From an uncultured virus (IMG/VR IMGVR_UViG_3300036770_001202) (Duplodnaviria; Heunggongvirae; Uroviricota; Caudoviricetes): a stretch of DNA of 64,000 nucleotides. The stretch is from the IMG/VR virus record IMGVR_UViG_3300036770_001202; one strand, written 5' to 3'. The notes beneath the pieces are model-generated. The model ran no database searches and was not told where the DNA came from. It saw only the letters and a program-made list of their open reading frames with translations. Below are positions 47,751 through 56,894 of the stretch, in pieces. Every line of letters begins with the position of its first letter. The first letter of the stretch is position 1. Position numbers and translations under genes: made by a program.

Positions 47751-48689
47751 ATGCTACAAGATTTTTTGTGGGTAGAAAAGTATCGCCCGAAGAAAGTTGA
47801 AGACACTATTCTTCCCGCGGACCTGAAAGCAACATTTCAGGAGTTTGTAAACAATGAGAACGTACCCAATCTTATTCTTGCAGGTGGTCCTGGCGTAGGC
47901 AAGACTACTATTGCAAAGGCAATGCTTGAAGAACTTGATTGTTCTTACATTGTGATTAACGGTTCGATGAATGGCAACATCGACACACTACGAAACGAAA
48001 TTAAAAACTTTGCCTCAACCGTTTCATTTAAAGGTGGACGCAAATATGTCATTCTTGATGAGGCTGATTATCTTAATCCTCAATCTACTCAACCCGCGCT
48101 ACGGAACTTCATGGAAGAGTTTTCTGCTAATTGTGGGTTTATCCTTACTTGCAACTTTCTTAATCGTATCATCGCCCCTCTCCACAGTCGGTGCTCCGTT
48201 ATACAATTTAAGATAAAGGCAGCAGACAAGCCAAAACTCGCATCGCAATTTATGAAGCGAGTGACTACGATTCTTGAAACAGAAAAGGTTGAATTCGATC
48301 AAAAGGTTGTAGCAGAAGTTATCATGAAATATTTCCCTGACTGGCGCAGGGTGTTGAATGAACTACAACGATACTCTGCTACAGGCAAGATTGATACTGG
48401 TCTTCTTTCGAATCTAACCGAAGACAACACAAAGTCTTTGATGAAGATGTTGAAGGACAAAGACTTCAATTCAATGCGTAAGTGGGTCAACGATAATCTT
48501 GACAATGAACCGAATGTTCTCTTCCGTAGAATGTTTGATGGCTGCCATGAGTATCTTGCACCAAAGAGCGTACCTCAAATGGTGATGATTCTCGGTGAGT
48601 ATCAATACAAGTCAGCATTCGTTGTTGATCAAGAAATCAACTTTGTTGCGTTTCTAACCGAAGTGATGGCTTCTTGTGAATTCAAATGA
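47751..48689 (+). CDS. gp44: Clamp loader large subunit gp44
   Basis: LWVEKYRP, GPGVGKT, LDEAD and SRC motif. Confidence 0.96.
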   Translation: MLQDFLWVEKYRPKKVEDTILPADLKATFQEFVNNENVPNLILAGGPGVGKTTIAKAMLEELDCSYIVINGSMNGNIDTLRNEIKNFASTVSFKGGRKYVILDEADYLNPQSTQPALRNFMEEFSANCGFILTCNFLNRIIAPLHSRCSVIQFKIKAADKPKLASQFMKRVTTILETEKVEFDQKVVAEVIMKYFPDWRRVLNELQRYSATGKIDTGLLSNLTEDNTKSLMKMLKDKDFNSMRKWVNDNLDNEPNVLFRRMFDGCHEYLAPKSVPQMVMILGEYQYKSAFVVDQEINFVAFLTEVMASCEFK

Positions 48690-49224
48690 AATATATTCAC
48701 CAGAGCATTGGAACAATATTTGTAAACTAGTTGCCGAAAGGTGCAAGGTTGTTCTACCGCTTGTTGTTTTGCGTAGAGTGAAGTCTACTCTAGTCTCGCA
48801 CTTTTTTGAGATTTGTGCGTCAGAGTATTTCAATTCAATTGGCATTCAATGTCAGAATGCACTAACAGACAAGCAACCAGATTTAAAATTCGCAGACGAA
48901 ATCTGCGAAATTAAAACAACCAACGTATACACCAATCCACTCAGCAGAAAAATTACTTGGACCGGTAATGTAATTTCCAAAGTAGATGCTACTTACATGT
49001 TCATCATGTGGCATCTATCAGAAACATCAACTTTATTTCCAAAGACACTCGACTTCTTTCTAGCAAAGTGTTATGTTGGACAAGAAGAATGGGGAACACT
49101 AGGAAATTACAACGGTGCAGGATTCACTACAGACAATCTTTTGTCTAGAGAATTCGAAGTAATAGTCGGTGAGTGTGAAGGCAAAAACTTTAAATTGAAG
49201 AGTTTTGATTATGACACCCTTTGA
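48676..49224 (+). CDS. Putative PD-(D/E)xK nuclease inserted between gp44 and gp62
   Basis: E...PDLKFADEICEIKT motif. Confidence 0.55.
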   Translation: MNSNEIYSPEHWNNICKLVAERCKVVLPLVVLRRVKSTLVSHFFEICASEYFNSIGIQCQNALTDKQPDLKFADEICEIKTTNVYTNPLSRKITWTGNVISKVDATYMFIMWHLSETSTLFPKTLDFFLAKCYVGQEEWGTLGNYNGAGFTTDNLLSREFEVIVGECEGKNFKLKSFDYDTL

Positions 49225-49615
49225 CTTTCTAAAAGCAATTAATGAGTCTAAAAAAGACTTGATGACGGACTCAGAAAATGATGAACTTGCAGAAAGGGCT
49301 TATACTGCATTCATTGTAAATCGCGGTCTTTCGTTCTTTCCAGACACGATTCTCTATGCAAATGAGATGAATCGTTTACATATCCTTGACAACAAACCTC
49401 AATTTGCCTATTTGCTAAATAGTGTCAGGTCACGCAAACGCTACAGCAAGTGGCTTAAAAATGAGTTGGACGAGGATATCAAAATTATTTCGGAATACTA
49501 CGACTACAGTTATGCTAAGGCAAAGCAAGTCGCGAATTTGATTACTCCTGAACAACTCAAGACCATAAAAGAAAAAATAGAAAAAGGTGGCTTGAAAACA
49601 AAGGAGAAAAAATAA
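49211..49615 (+). CDS. gp62: Clamp loader small subunit gp62
   Basis: PFDFLKAIN, FIVNRGLS.FPDTILYANEMN and RKRYSKW. Confidence 0.93.
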   Translation: MTPFDFLKAINESKKDLMTDSENDELAERAYTAFIVNRGLSFFPDTILYANEMNRLHILDNKPQFAYLLNSVRSRKRYSKWLKNELDEDIKIISEYYDYSYAKAKQVANLITPEQLKTIKEKIEKGGLKTKEKK

Positions 49616-50019
49616 TGGCAATTGATATTGAGGATTTGCTAGAAGTAAGGCTAAAAACTGAAGATGACTTTCTAAAAGTCAAAGAAACACTTACAAGAAT
49701 TGGTGTTGCGTCCCGTAAAGATAAAACGCTATATCAATCTTGTCACATTCTGCACAAACGCGGAAAGTATTACATTGTCCACTTCAAAGAACTTTTTGCA
49801 TTGGATGGCAAAAGCACAGACTTTGAAGACAACGATATGGGCAGACGAAACACTATTGCTAATCTACTTGCCGAATGGGGTCTTGTAGAAGTAGTCAATA
49901 AAAACAAAGCAGAGCAGCCTGTTGCTCCTCTGTCACAAATTAAGATTATTTCTCACAAAGAGAAAGATGAGTGGCAGTTGGTGACAAAGTATAACATTGG
50001 AAAGAAAAGGGAAGTCTGA
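49615..50019 (+). CDS. regA: Translational repressor RegA
   Basis: FLKVKETLTRIG and LYQSCHILHK.GKYYIVHFKELF.LDG. Confidence 0.96.
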   Translation: MAIDIEDLLEVRLKTEDDFLKVKETLTRIGVASRKDKTLYQSCHILHKRGKYYIVHFKELFALDGKSTDFEDNDMGRRNTIANLLAEWGLVEVVNKNKAEQPVAPLSQIKIISHKEKDEWQLVTKYNIGKKREV

Positions 50020-50456
50020 TGGAAGAACTTGTTCAAGCGGCAAAGGTTGTCTTAGCCAATCACTATGCTTTTTATGTAAAGGCGCAAAATTATCATTGGA
50101 ACGTAACTGGTCCTGATTTTAGTCAGTATCATGAACTTTTCGGTAAAATTTATGGTGAAGTTGGCGATACAATCGACACCCTAGCCGAACAAATTCGTGC
50201 TATGGATGCATATGCACCAGGAAGTTTTTCTCGCTTTTCTGAACTTTCTGAACTCGAAGATGAGTTGAGTGTTCCTACTCCAGCAGAAATGTTTCGCCGT
50301 CTTTTAAATGACATTGCACTCATTCAAGGCAGCATTATGAGAGCATATCATTTGGCTGAAGAAAATATGCAGCATGGATATAGCAATCTTATGGCAGAAC
50401 GTCAAGATGCATTCAATAAACATGCATGGATGATCAAAGCAACATTGAAGGTTTGA
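50019..50456 (+). CDS. dps: Dps/ferritin-like protein
   Basis: YHWNVTGPDF..YHELF, D.LAEQIR and KHAWM. Confidence 0.9.
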   Translation: MEELVQAAKVVLANHYAFYVKAQNYHWNVTGPDFSQYHELFGKIYGEVGDTIDTLAEQIRAMDAYAPGSFSRFSELSELEDELSVPTPAEMFRRLLNDIALIQGSIMRAYHLAEENMQHGYSNLMAERQDAFNKHAWMIKATLKV

Positions 50457-50481
50457 CAACCGCAGTAGACTTTGATATAAT
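50453..50481 (+). promoter_or_regulatory. Sigma70 promoter (perfect consensus, extended -10)
   Basis: TTGACA-17bp-TATAAT, with TGn before the -10. Confidence 0.9.
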
Positions 50482-50557
50482 ACAGAATATCTCCGGAAGG
50501 AGTATGGGTGCTAAGACCTTCTTAGCAATTTTTGAAATTTAATATGAGGAAATAACT

Positions 50558-50803
50558 ATGGCATTCGTTAAATCTGGTAAGACCCAAAATGAACTTCTGG
50601 TTTCATATCTGCGTGGTACAGGTCGCGGTATCAGCGCACCTCAGGCTCGCGCATTGTTCGGAGTGAAGAATCTCCGCGCACGAATGAGCGATCTGCGTCA
50701 AGCAGGTCTTACCGTTCGTAAGGCTATCAATACTGAGGGAAACACAACTTATTTTGTGTCTCGCCGTGCAATTGATGGCTCTCAGGCATATATCGCTGTA
50801 TAA
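50558..50803 (+). CDS. Small winged-helix/HTH DNA-binding protein
   Basis: ISAPQARALFGVKNLRARMSDLRQAG helix-turn-helix pattern. Confidence 0.75.
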   Translation: MAFVKSGKTQNELLVSYLRGTGRGISAPQARALFGVKNLRARMSDLRQAGLTVRKAINTEGNTTYFVSRRAIDGSQAYIAV

Positions 50804-50806
50804 ATA
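50799..50806 (+). promoter_or_regulatory. T4-type late promoter for the hsp20 operon
   Basis: TATAAATA overlapping the HTH gene stop codon. Confidence 0.75.
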
Positions 50807-50812
50807 ATAATA

Positions 50813-50926
50813 CTCTCGGGATGGGAGGGCAGGGGGTGCGACCTGCGGTAGTTTAAAACGCACATTTAACTGCCATGCCTTAGGGGTGGCAAATTTTATT
50901 TTACTCGCTTAACTAAGGAGAAAACT
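50813..50926 (+). ncRNA. Structured 5' leader: hairpin, H-type pseudoknot, hairpin, and ROSE-like SD-sequestering hairpin
   Basis: Complementary segments CTCTC/GGGAG, GCAGG/CCTGC, GTGCG/CGCAC, TGCCA/TGGCA and CTC(G)CTT/AAGGAG. Confidence 0.6.
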
Positions 50927-51151
50927 ATGTTACAAGCACTCAATATGTTCATCGACACCTTCCAAGGTGCAAAATCGCAATTCGTTAAGACTTATGTTCA
51001 AAACGAAGAAATCGCGAGACCTCTCAATACTTACATTAATGCACAGACTGCATTTGCAAAAAATGTAGCACAAGAAGTTTTGAACTTTTCAACTACAGTT
51101 GGAACTTCTATGTGGACGTTTGACGCGAAAAAAGCATTTGCAACTAAGTAA
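50927..51151 (+). CDS. Small amphipathic-helix protein (possibly phasin-like)
   Basis: Strong SD; Ala/Gln/Phe-rich helical pattern FIDTFQGAK...INAQTAFAK. Confidence 0.6.
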   Translation: MLQALNMFIDTFQGAKSQFVKTYVQNEEIARPLNTYINAQTAFAKNVAQEVLNFSTTVGTSMWTFDAKKAFATK

Positions 51152-51159
51152 TAGGGAGA

Positions 51160-51687
51160 ATGAACATGACACAACTACCTTCAATCTTTGGTCAATTTAA
51201 AGATTTCGACAAACTGTTTGTTGGATTCGATGACACCTACAATCGTCTTGCTAAAATGCATGATGATTTGACAAAGAGCATTCCTAACTATCCTCCATAC
51301 AACATTAAGAAAATTGATGACAACAAGTATGTCATTGAACTTGCGGTTGCTGGATTCTCAAAGTCTGAAATTGAAATTGAATTTGAGAACGATAAACTAA
51401 TCGTTAAAGGAAATGCAAAAGATGATGATGCTACCGACTGGCTGTATAAAGGAATTGCAACTCGCAATTTCACACGCACATTTGCACTAGATGATAAAAT
51501 CGAAATCAAAGGTGCTGCACTAGTCAATGGTATGCTTCAGATTGCTTTGGAAAAAATTATTCCTGAGCATAAGAAATCAAAGAAAATTGAAGTTAGCGAA
51601 GAACCTTCTACAGTTTCAGAGTTTGCTTCTAAAAACAAGCCACAGTTGCTTGTAGAGGAAGGAGACTTAAATGAACGTTCTAAGTAA
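51160..51687 (+). CDS. Small heat-shock protein (Hsp20/IbpA family)
   Basis: NYPPYNI, IELAVAGF, LYKGIA.RNF.R.F.L and NGML.I.L. Confidence 0.95.
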   Translation: MNMTQLPSIFGQFKDFDKLFVGFDDTYNRLAKMHDDLTKSIPNYPPYNIKKIDDNKYVIELAVAGFSKSEIEIEFENDKLIVKGNAKDDDATDWLYKGIATRNFTRTFALDDKIEIKGAALVNGMLQIALEKIIPEHKKSKKIEVSEEPSTVSEFASKNKPQLLVEEGDLNERSK

Positions 51688-51781
51688 AATTTGGAATTAC
51701 CTAACTTTCTTAGGTGAGTCTATTGCAGAAGCCAGAATGAAACAAGCGGAATATTTCCGCAAACACAAAGGCTGGGAATAA
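51671..51781 (+). CDS. 36-aa microprotein
   Basis: SD aaggag before ATG; MNVLSKIWNYLTFLGESIAEARMKQAEYFRKHKGWE. Confidence 0.55.
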   Translation: MNVLSKIWNYLTFLGESIAEARMKQAEYFRKHKGWE

Positions 51782-51783
51782 TC

Positions 51784-51852
51784 ATGAACTGGTGGCCTGT
51801 AACAGACGAAGAATGGGAACAACTAAACTATCCTGAGAAGTTTAGAACCTAA
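51784..51852 (+). CDS. 22-aa microprotein
   Basis: Weak SD (ggga); MNWWPVTDEEWEQLNYPEKFRT ends just before the terminator. Confidence 0.45.
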   Translation: MNWWPVTDEEWEQLNYPEKFRT

Positions 51853-51856
51853 ATAA

Positions 51857-51886
51857 AATGGGGGTGCAACGCCCCCATTCTTTTTT
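51857..51886 (+). terminator. Rho-independent terminator
   Basis: AATGGGGG-tgcaacg-CCCCCATT followed by a T tract. Confidence 0.85.
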
Positions 51887-51902
51887 AATAATGGAGAACA
51901 TG

Positions 51903-52199
51903 ATGAATCTAAGACTCATTCGACTTATTAGTGGTGAAGATGTTGTTGGCGATCTTACCATCGAAGGCGATAATTACCGAATTGAAAATCCCGTTGTGCT
52001 TGGATTGGCTATGGGATCAAATGGCAAAGCAAATCTCCAAATGCAACCAATGTTGATTTTCTCTGAACAGAAAGTTATCAGCGTAAAAAATTCTCACGTT
52101 TTGTATGACGTAACAGTTGCAACCGAGATAAAAAACAGATATAATGAGGTTTACGGATCAGGTATCGTTGTACCACCTAAACAATCGTTGATTATTTGA
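51903..52199 (+). CDS. Conserved Sm-like hypothetical protein upstream of DNA polymerase
   Basis: LIRLISGEDVVG...IENPV...Y..GSGIVVP; SD ggaga. Confidence 0.7.
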   Translation: MNLRLIRLISGEDVVGDLTIEGDNYRIENPVVLGLAMGSNGKANLQMQPMLIFSEQKVISVKNSHVLYDVTVATEIKNRYNEVYGSGIVVPPKQSLII

Positions 52200-52201
52200 G
52201 A

Positions 52202-54694
52202 ATGAAATTTTATACGCACTTTACAAAATACGGTAACAATCTTCTTGTTCGCGGATATCGCAATGGTAAGAGATTTGCGGATAAGGTAGAATACAATCCA
52301 ACCCTATATCTTCCTTCAAAGAAACCGACAGAGTTTAAAACTCTAGACGGCTACTATGTTGCGCCAACCCAAATGGGTTCGTTGCGTGACGCCGGCGAAT
52401 TCATTCGTCAATATGAGACTGTAGACAATTTCAAAATCTATGGCTCTACAAACTTTCCTTATGTGTATATCAATGAGACATATCAAGGCAGAGTTGATTA
52501 TGATCCCAAACTTCTAAAGATTGTAAACATAGACATTGAGGTTGGCTCAGAGAATGGCTTTCCTGAACCTGAACATGCGTCAGAACCTATCACAGCAATC
52601 ACCATGCGTGTTGCTGGACATTTCTATGTGATAGGTTGTGGTGATTACAACAACACTCGCGAAGATGTAACTTATACGAAATGTAAAGATGAATATCATT
52701 TGATTCGAAAGTTTCTCGAATTGTGGAATCATTTTGATATCGATATTGTGACTGGCTGGAACATCCAGTTCTTTGATATTCCATATATCTACAATCGTAT
52801 CTGCCGCATCATGGATGAAGACGAAGCAAAGAAACTTTCTCCATGGCGCAGAATTGGTGAACGCACCACTACAATTCATAACAAACAACAAACTGCATTT
52901 GATCTTGTAGGCATTGCAATTCTAGACTATCTAGAACTCTACAAGAAATTTACATACACACAGCAAGAAAACTATCGCCTTGATACAATCGCAAGTATTG
53001 AACTTGGCGAACAAAAATTAGATTATTCTGAATATGAAAACCTACACCAACTCTATCGACTTGACTATCAAAAATTTATTGACTACAACATCAAGGATGT
53101 GGAACTTGTCGACCGCTTAGATGCAAAGATGAAATTCATTGACATGGTGCTTGCACTTGCATATGACGCAAAGGTAAATCTAACCGATGTGTTCACGCAG
53201 GTACGCATGTGGGATACTTTGATTCACAATCATTTGATTGAAAAGAATATTGTCGTACCGCAGAACAAACCTTCTGCTAAAGACGAACAGTATGCTGGCG
53301 CTTATGTCAAAGAACCTAAGCCTGGCGTGTATGAATGGGTTGTATCGTTTGACTTAAACAGTCTGTATCCACACTTGATTATGCAATACAATGTATCGCC
53401 AGACACAATCGTATCTGGTATGCGTAAGCAAGTAACCGTTGATGGTTTGCTTGAAGGCAATGATAGTGCAGACGGTGAATATTGCATGACTGCAAATGGT
53501 CAATACTTTCGCAAAGACACTCAAGGTTTTCTGCCTGAAATGATGCAACGCATGTATGATGATCGTGTTCTTTACAAAAAGAAGATGATTGAAGCGCAGA
53601 AAGAACTAGAGAAGACTAAAGACAAAGCACAAAGATTTGAAATTCAAAATCAAATTTCAAAATACAAGAACATTCAGATGGCGAAGAAGATTCAACTAAA
53701 CTCCGCTTATGGTGCTCTTGGCAATCAGTATTTCCGATTCTTTGACATTCGGCAAGCAGAAGGTATTACCTTGTCTGGTCAACTTTCGATTCGTTGGATT
53801 GGAATGAAACTTAACCAATACATGAATAAATTGTTGAAGACAAGTGAGGTGGATTATGTTATCGCGTCAGATACGGACTCTGTATATCTCAATTTGGGTC
53901 CGTTGGTTACTATGGTCTACGGATCGAAGGATACGCCGAAAGAGAAAATTGTTGACTTTATCGACAAAGCGTGTTCGGAAAAAATCGAACCGTTCATTGA
54001 TAAGGCTTTTCAAGAACTCGCGGATCGAATGAATGCGTATGCACAAAAGATGTTTATGAAGCGAGAAGTTATCGCGGATAAAGGCATCTGGACTGCAAAG
54101 AAGCGATACATTCTAAACGTGTGGGACTCTGAAGGTGTTCGCTATGAAAAAGCGAAACTTAAAATGTCTGGCATTGAAGCGGTTAAGTCTTCCACACCGA
54201 GAGCATGTCGTGATAAAATTAAAGACGCACTCAAGGTTGTGATGGAAGGTGATGAGTCTAAGTTTCATCAATTTGTTGATGATTTTCGTAACGAATTTAA
54301 AACTCTACCTTTCGAAGAAATTGCCTTTCCGCGAGGCATTTCCGACATGACTAAATACAAGAATTCTCTTGAATTATACAGCAAGGGAACACCTATTCAT
54401 GTGCGTGGTGCGATTGTATTTAATTCTCTCTTGGAAAAGAACAAACTCAATAAGAAGTACCAAGAGATTAAAGATGGTGATAAGATTAAATTCTGCTACA
54501 TGAAGGTCCCGAATCCAATTCAGGAAAACGTGTTGTCTATTTTGAGTGTTCTACCGAAAGAACTTAAACTTGAAAAGTATATCGATTATGACACTCAATT
54601 CGAAAAGGCATACATTGAGCCTTTGCGAATCATTGTCAACACCATGAATTGGAGTACCGAAAAGAAATCAACATTGGAGAGTTTTTTCGTATGA
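52202..54694 (+). CDS. gp43: Family B DNA polymerase gp43
   Basis: DIE exonuclease motif, SFDLNSLYP, K...NSAYG and SDTDS. Confidence 0.98.
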   Translation: MKFYTHFTKYGNNLLVRGYRNGKRFADKVEYNPTLYLPSKKPTEFKTLDGYYVAPTQMGSLRDAGEFIRQYETVDNFKIYGSTNFPYVYINETYQGRVDYDPKLLKIVNIDIEVGSENGFPEPEHASEPITAITMRVAGHFYVIGCGDYNNTREDVTYTKCKDEYHLIRKFLELWNHFDIDIVTGWNIQFFDIPYIYNRICRIMDEDEAKKLSPWRRIGERTTTIHNKQQTAFDLVGIAILDYLELYKKFTYTQQENYRLDTIASIELGEQKLDYSEYENLHQLYRLDYQKFIDYNIKDVELVDRLDAKMKFIDMVLALAYDAKVNLTDVFTQVRMWDTLIHNHLIEKNIVVPQNKPSAKDEQYAGAYVKEPKPGVYEWVVSFDLNSLYPHLIMQYNVSPDTIVSGMRKQVTVDGLLEGNDSADGEYCMTANGQYFRKDTQGFLPEMMQRMYDDRVLYKKKMIEAQKELEKTKDKAQRFEIQNQISKYKNIQMAKKIQLNSAYGALGNQYFRFFDIRQAEGITLSGQLSIRWIGMKLNQYMNKLLKTSEVDYVIASDTDSVYLNLGPLVTMVYGSKDTPKEKIVDFIDKACSEKIEPFIDKAFQELADRMNAYAQKMFMKREVIADKGIWTAKKRYILNVWDSEGVRYEKAKLKMSGIEAVKSSTPRACRDKIKDALKVVMEGDESKFHQFVDDFRNEFKTLPFEEIAFPRGISDMTKYKNSLELYSKGTPIHVRGAIVFNSLLEKNKLNKKYQEIKDGDKIKFCYMKVPNPIQENVLSILSVLPKELKLEKYIDYDTQFEKAYIEPLRIIVNTMNWSTEKKSTLESFFV

Positions 54695-55098
54695 CAATCA
54701 GAAATATTCCACCAGAGTATTTGACGTTTAGACAGGAAGACGATTTTGGTTTTAGTGCTGTTGATGAAACTGCATTGACACCTACAGTAAATCCTGATAC
54801 ACTAGAGACTACAGTTATTCGTGAAACTGTAACTCAATCCGTAGAAGGTGTCGCAAGACTTGAAGAAAAACTTGATACAATTCTTGGATTGTATAATCAA
54901 GGCAAGTTAGGACTTGATGCGGAAAGAGATAAAATGCAGGAAGAGGTAAAATCTAAACTGTCTCAATTGGAACAGTTGATCATGCCTCTTCTAGTTAATC
55001 TTATGAAGAATCCAGATAAAGAATATATTTACTGGCCTAATCGTAAAGAAAAATTACAGGAACATATCGACAAGGTATTGTCTCTGACAAGGGGGTAA
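54691..55098 (+). CDS. Conserved hypothetical protein
   Basis: DFGFSAVDE and NLMKNPDKEYIYWPNR; ATGA overlap with gp43. Confidence 0.75.
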   Translation: MTIRNIPPEYLTFRQEDDFGFSAVDETALTPTVNPDTLETTVIRETVTQSVEGVARLEEKLDTILGLYNQGKLGLDAERDKMQEEVKSKLSQLEQLIMPLLVNLMKNPDKEYIYWPNRKEKLQEHIDKVLSLTRG

Positions 55099-55099
55099 A

Positions 55100-55960
55100 A
55101 TGTTATTTGCACTACTGACACTCGCTTGTGCATTAGCGGTGTCGGCGATAGCCGCTTACTATTCTGTTATAGGACTTATAGCAATCTTTGCTGCAAGTCC
55201 TTTACCTATTGCTTTAATGGGAGGTTCGCTTGAAGTTGCGAAACTTGTTACTGCATCATGGTTATACAGAAATTGGAAAGATGCACCTAGACTTCTAAGA
55301 TACTATTTTGTGAGTGCCGTTGCTGTCCTGATGATAATTACATCATTAGGAATTTTCGGGTTTTTGTCAAAGGCACATATCGAATCAAACTTAGATGTTG
55401 GCGATAACACAATTAAAATTCAAGTCTTAGAACAGAGAGAAAAACTTACAAAAGAAAGACTTGATTATCTGCTAATGAAAGCAGGTACCGATCCTACTAA
55501 AATTGCTAAAGCGACAAATGAACAGATTCAAGCGACTCAGCAAGAATTGATTCAAATCTCTCAAGAGAAACTTCCTCTACTGCAAGAGAACAATAAATTG
55601 TTTGCTGAAATTGGTCCGCTTAAATATCTTGCTGAGATGATTTACGGAAAAGAAGATGCAGCAAATCATTTTGACGCAGCGGTTAGATGGGTAATTATTC
55701 TACTCATTTTTGTATTTGATCCACTTGCGGTTCTTTTAGTTATCGCAGCGAACTATTCTTTGGCTCAATATAAAAAGCCTCCGCCTGTTATCAAGAAGAA
55801 AAAGGTGGGAGACGATTTAAGAGGAATATTTAAGCCTAAGAAACCTAGGCAAGTTAAGAAGACAAAGGTAGATTTAACCTCTGTTGATCCAATTCCCATG
55901 AATAAAGATGAGATTGTAAACGCAACAGAGTTGTATAGAAGAGATCATGATTCAATGTAA
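55100..55960 (+). CDS. Membrane protein with 3+1 TM helices and a coiled coil
   Basis: Hydrophobic segments; LEVAKLVTASWL and IFVFDPLAV. Confidence 0.75.
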   Translation: MLFALLTLACALAVSAIAAYYSVIGLIAIFAASPLPIALMGGSLEVAKLVTASWLYRNWKDAPRLLRYYFVSAVAVLMIITSLGIFGFLSKAHIESNLDVGDNTIKIQVLEQREKLTKERLDYLLMKAGTDPTKIAKATNEQIQATQQELIQISQEKLPLLQENNKLFAEIGPLKYLAEMIYGKEDAANHFDAAVRWVIILLIFVFDPLAVLLVIAANYSLAQYKKPPPVIKKKKVGDDLRGIFKPKKPRQVKKTKVDLTSVDPIPMNKDEIVNATELYRRDHDSM

Positions 55961-55970
55961 GGAGTGAAGT

Positions 55971-56894
55971 ATGATTATGATTACTGGTGGTGCAGGGTTT
56001 ATTGGTTTAAACTTTGCAAAATTTTTAGTTGAAAATAAGTATGCAACCCCTGAGGAAATTTTAGTAGTTGATAAGATTGGGTATGCATCACACGCAGAAG
56101 AAATTTTAAACTACGCTAGACTTGCGGTAATTGATATTGCAAACAAAGAAGAATTGGAATCTTTGTTTATACAATACGATATTGAAGGTGTTGTAAACTT
56201 TGCGGCAGAAAGTCACGTTGATCGTTCTATTTCAGATTGTATGCCTTTTGTTACAAGTAACATTATAGGAACAATCAACGTGGCTCAATTGTGCGTAAAG
56301 TATGAAGTCATCAAACTTCTACACATTTCTACTGATGAAGTATTTGGTGAAGTTCCTTATCCAGGCAAGTTTAACGAATACTCCAATCTGAATCCTCGCA
56401 ATCCATATTCCGCATCTAAGGCAAGTGCAGAATGCTTTATCAATGCATTCATCAATACAAACAAACTTAGAGCAGTCATCGTGAATATGTCCAATAACTA
56501 CGGACCATTTCAGAATGAAGAAAAACTAATCCCACTCACTATCAAGAAACTCATGAACAATGAATTCGTTCCTGTATACGGCAACGGAAAACAAGTTCGC
56601 GATTGGATTTATGTAGAAGACGCATGTAGAGCAATCTACAAAGTATTCGTTGACGGTAAGATTGGTGAGCGATATTGTATTGGTGGTGACAATGAAATTC
56701 AAAACATTGATCTAGTCAACATGATTATGCAGAAGATGGGTGTAGAAGATAGGATTCAGTATGTTCAAGATCGACCTGGACATGATACTAGATACTATAC
56801 GGACACTTCAAAACTTAAATCACTTGGTTGGACACCAAGGTGGACTTTGAGTGATGGGCTAGATGCAACAATAGAATGGATGAAAACGCGATGA
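55971..56894 (+). CDS. rfbB: dTDP-glucose 4,6-dehydratase (extended SDR)
   Basis: TGGAGFIG, FAAESHVDRSI, ISTDEV, YSASK and DRPGHD. Confidence 0.9.
   Translation: MIMITGGAGFIGLNFAKFLVENKYATPEEILVVDKIGYASHAEEILNYARLAVIDIANKEELESLFIQYDIEGVVNFAAESHVDRSISDCMPFVTSNIIGTINVAQLCVKYEVIKLLHISTDEVFGEVPYPGKFNEYSNLNPRNPYSASKASAECFINAFINTNKLRAVIVNMSNNYGPFQNEEKLIPLTIKKLMNNEFVPVYGNGKQVRDWIYVEDACRAIYKVFVDGKIGERYCIGGDNEIQNIDLVNMIMQKMGVEDRIQYVQDRPGHDTRYYTDTSKLKSLGWTPRWTLSDGLDATIEWMKTR

Noticed and set aside
17947..54694. Inteins or introns in terminase, helicases or polymerase
   Set aside because: The proteins are of normal length and continuous, with no intein splice motifs seen.
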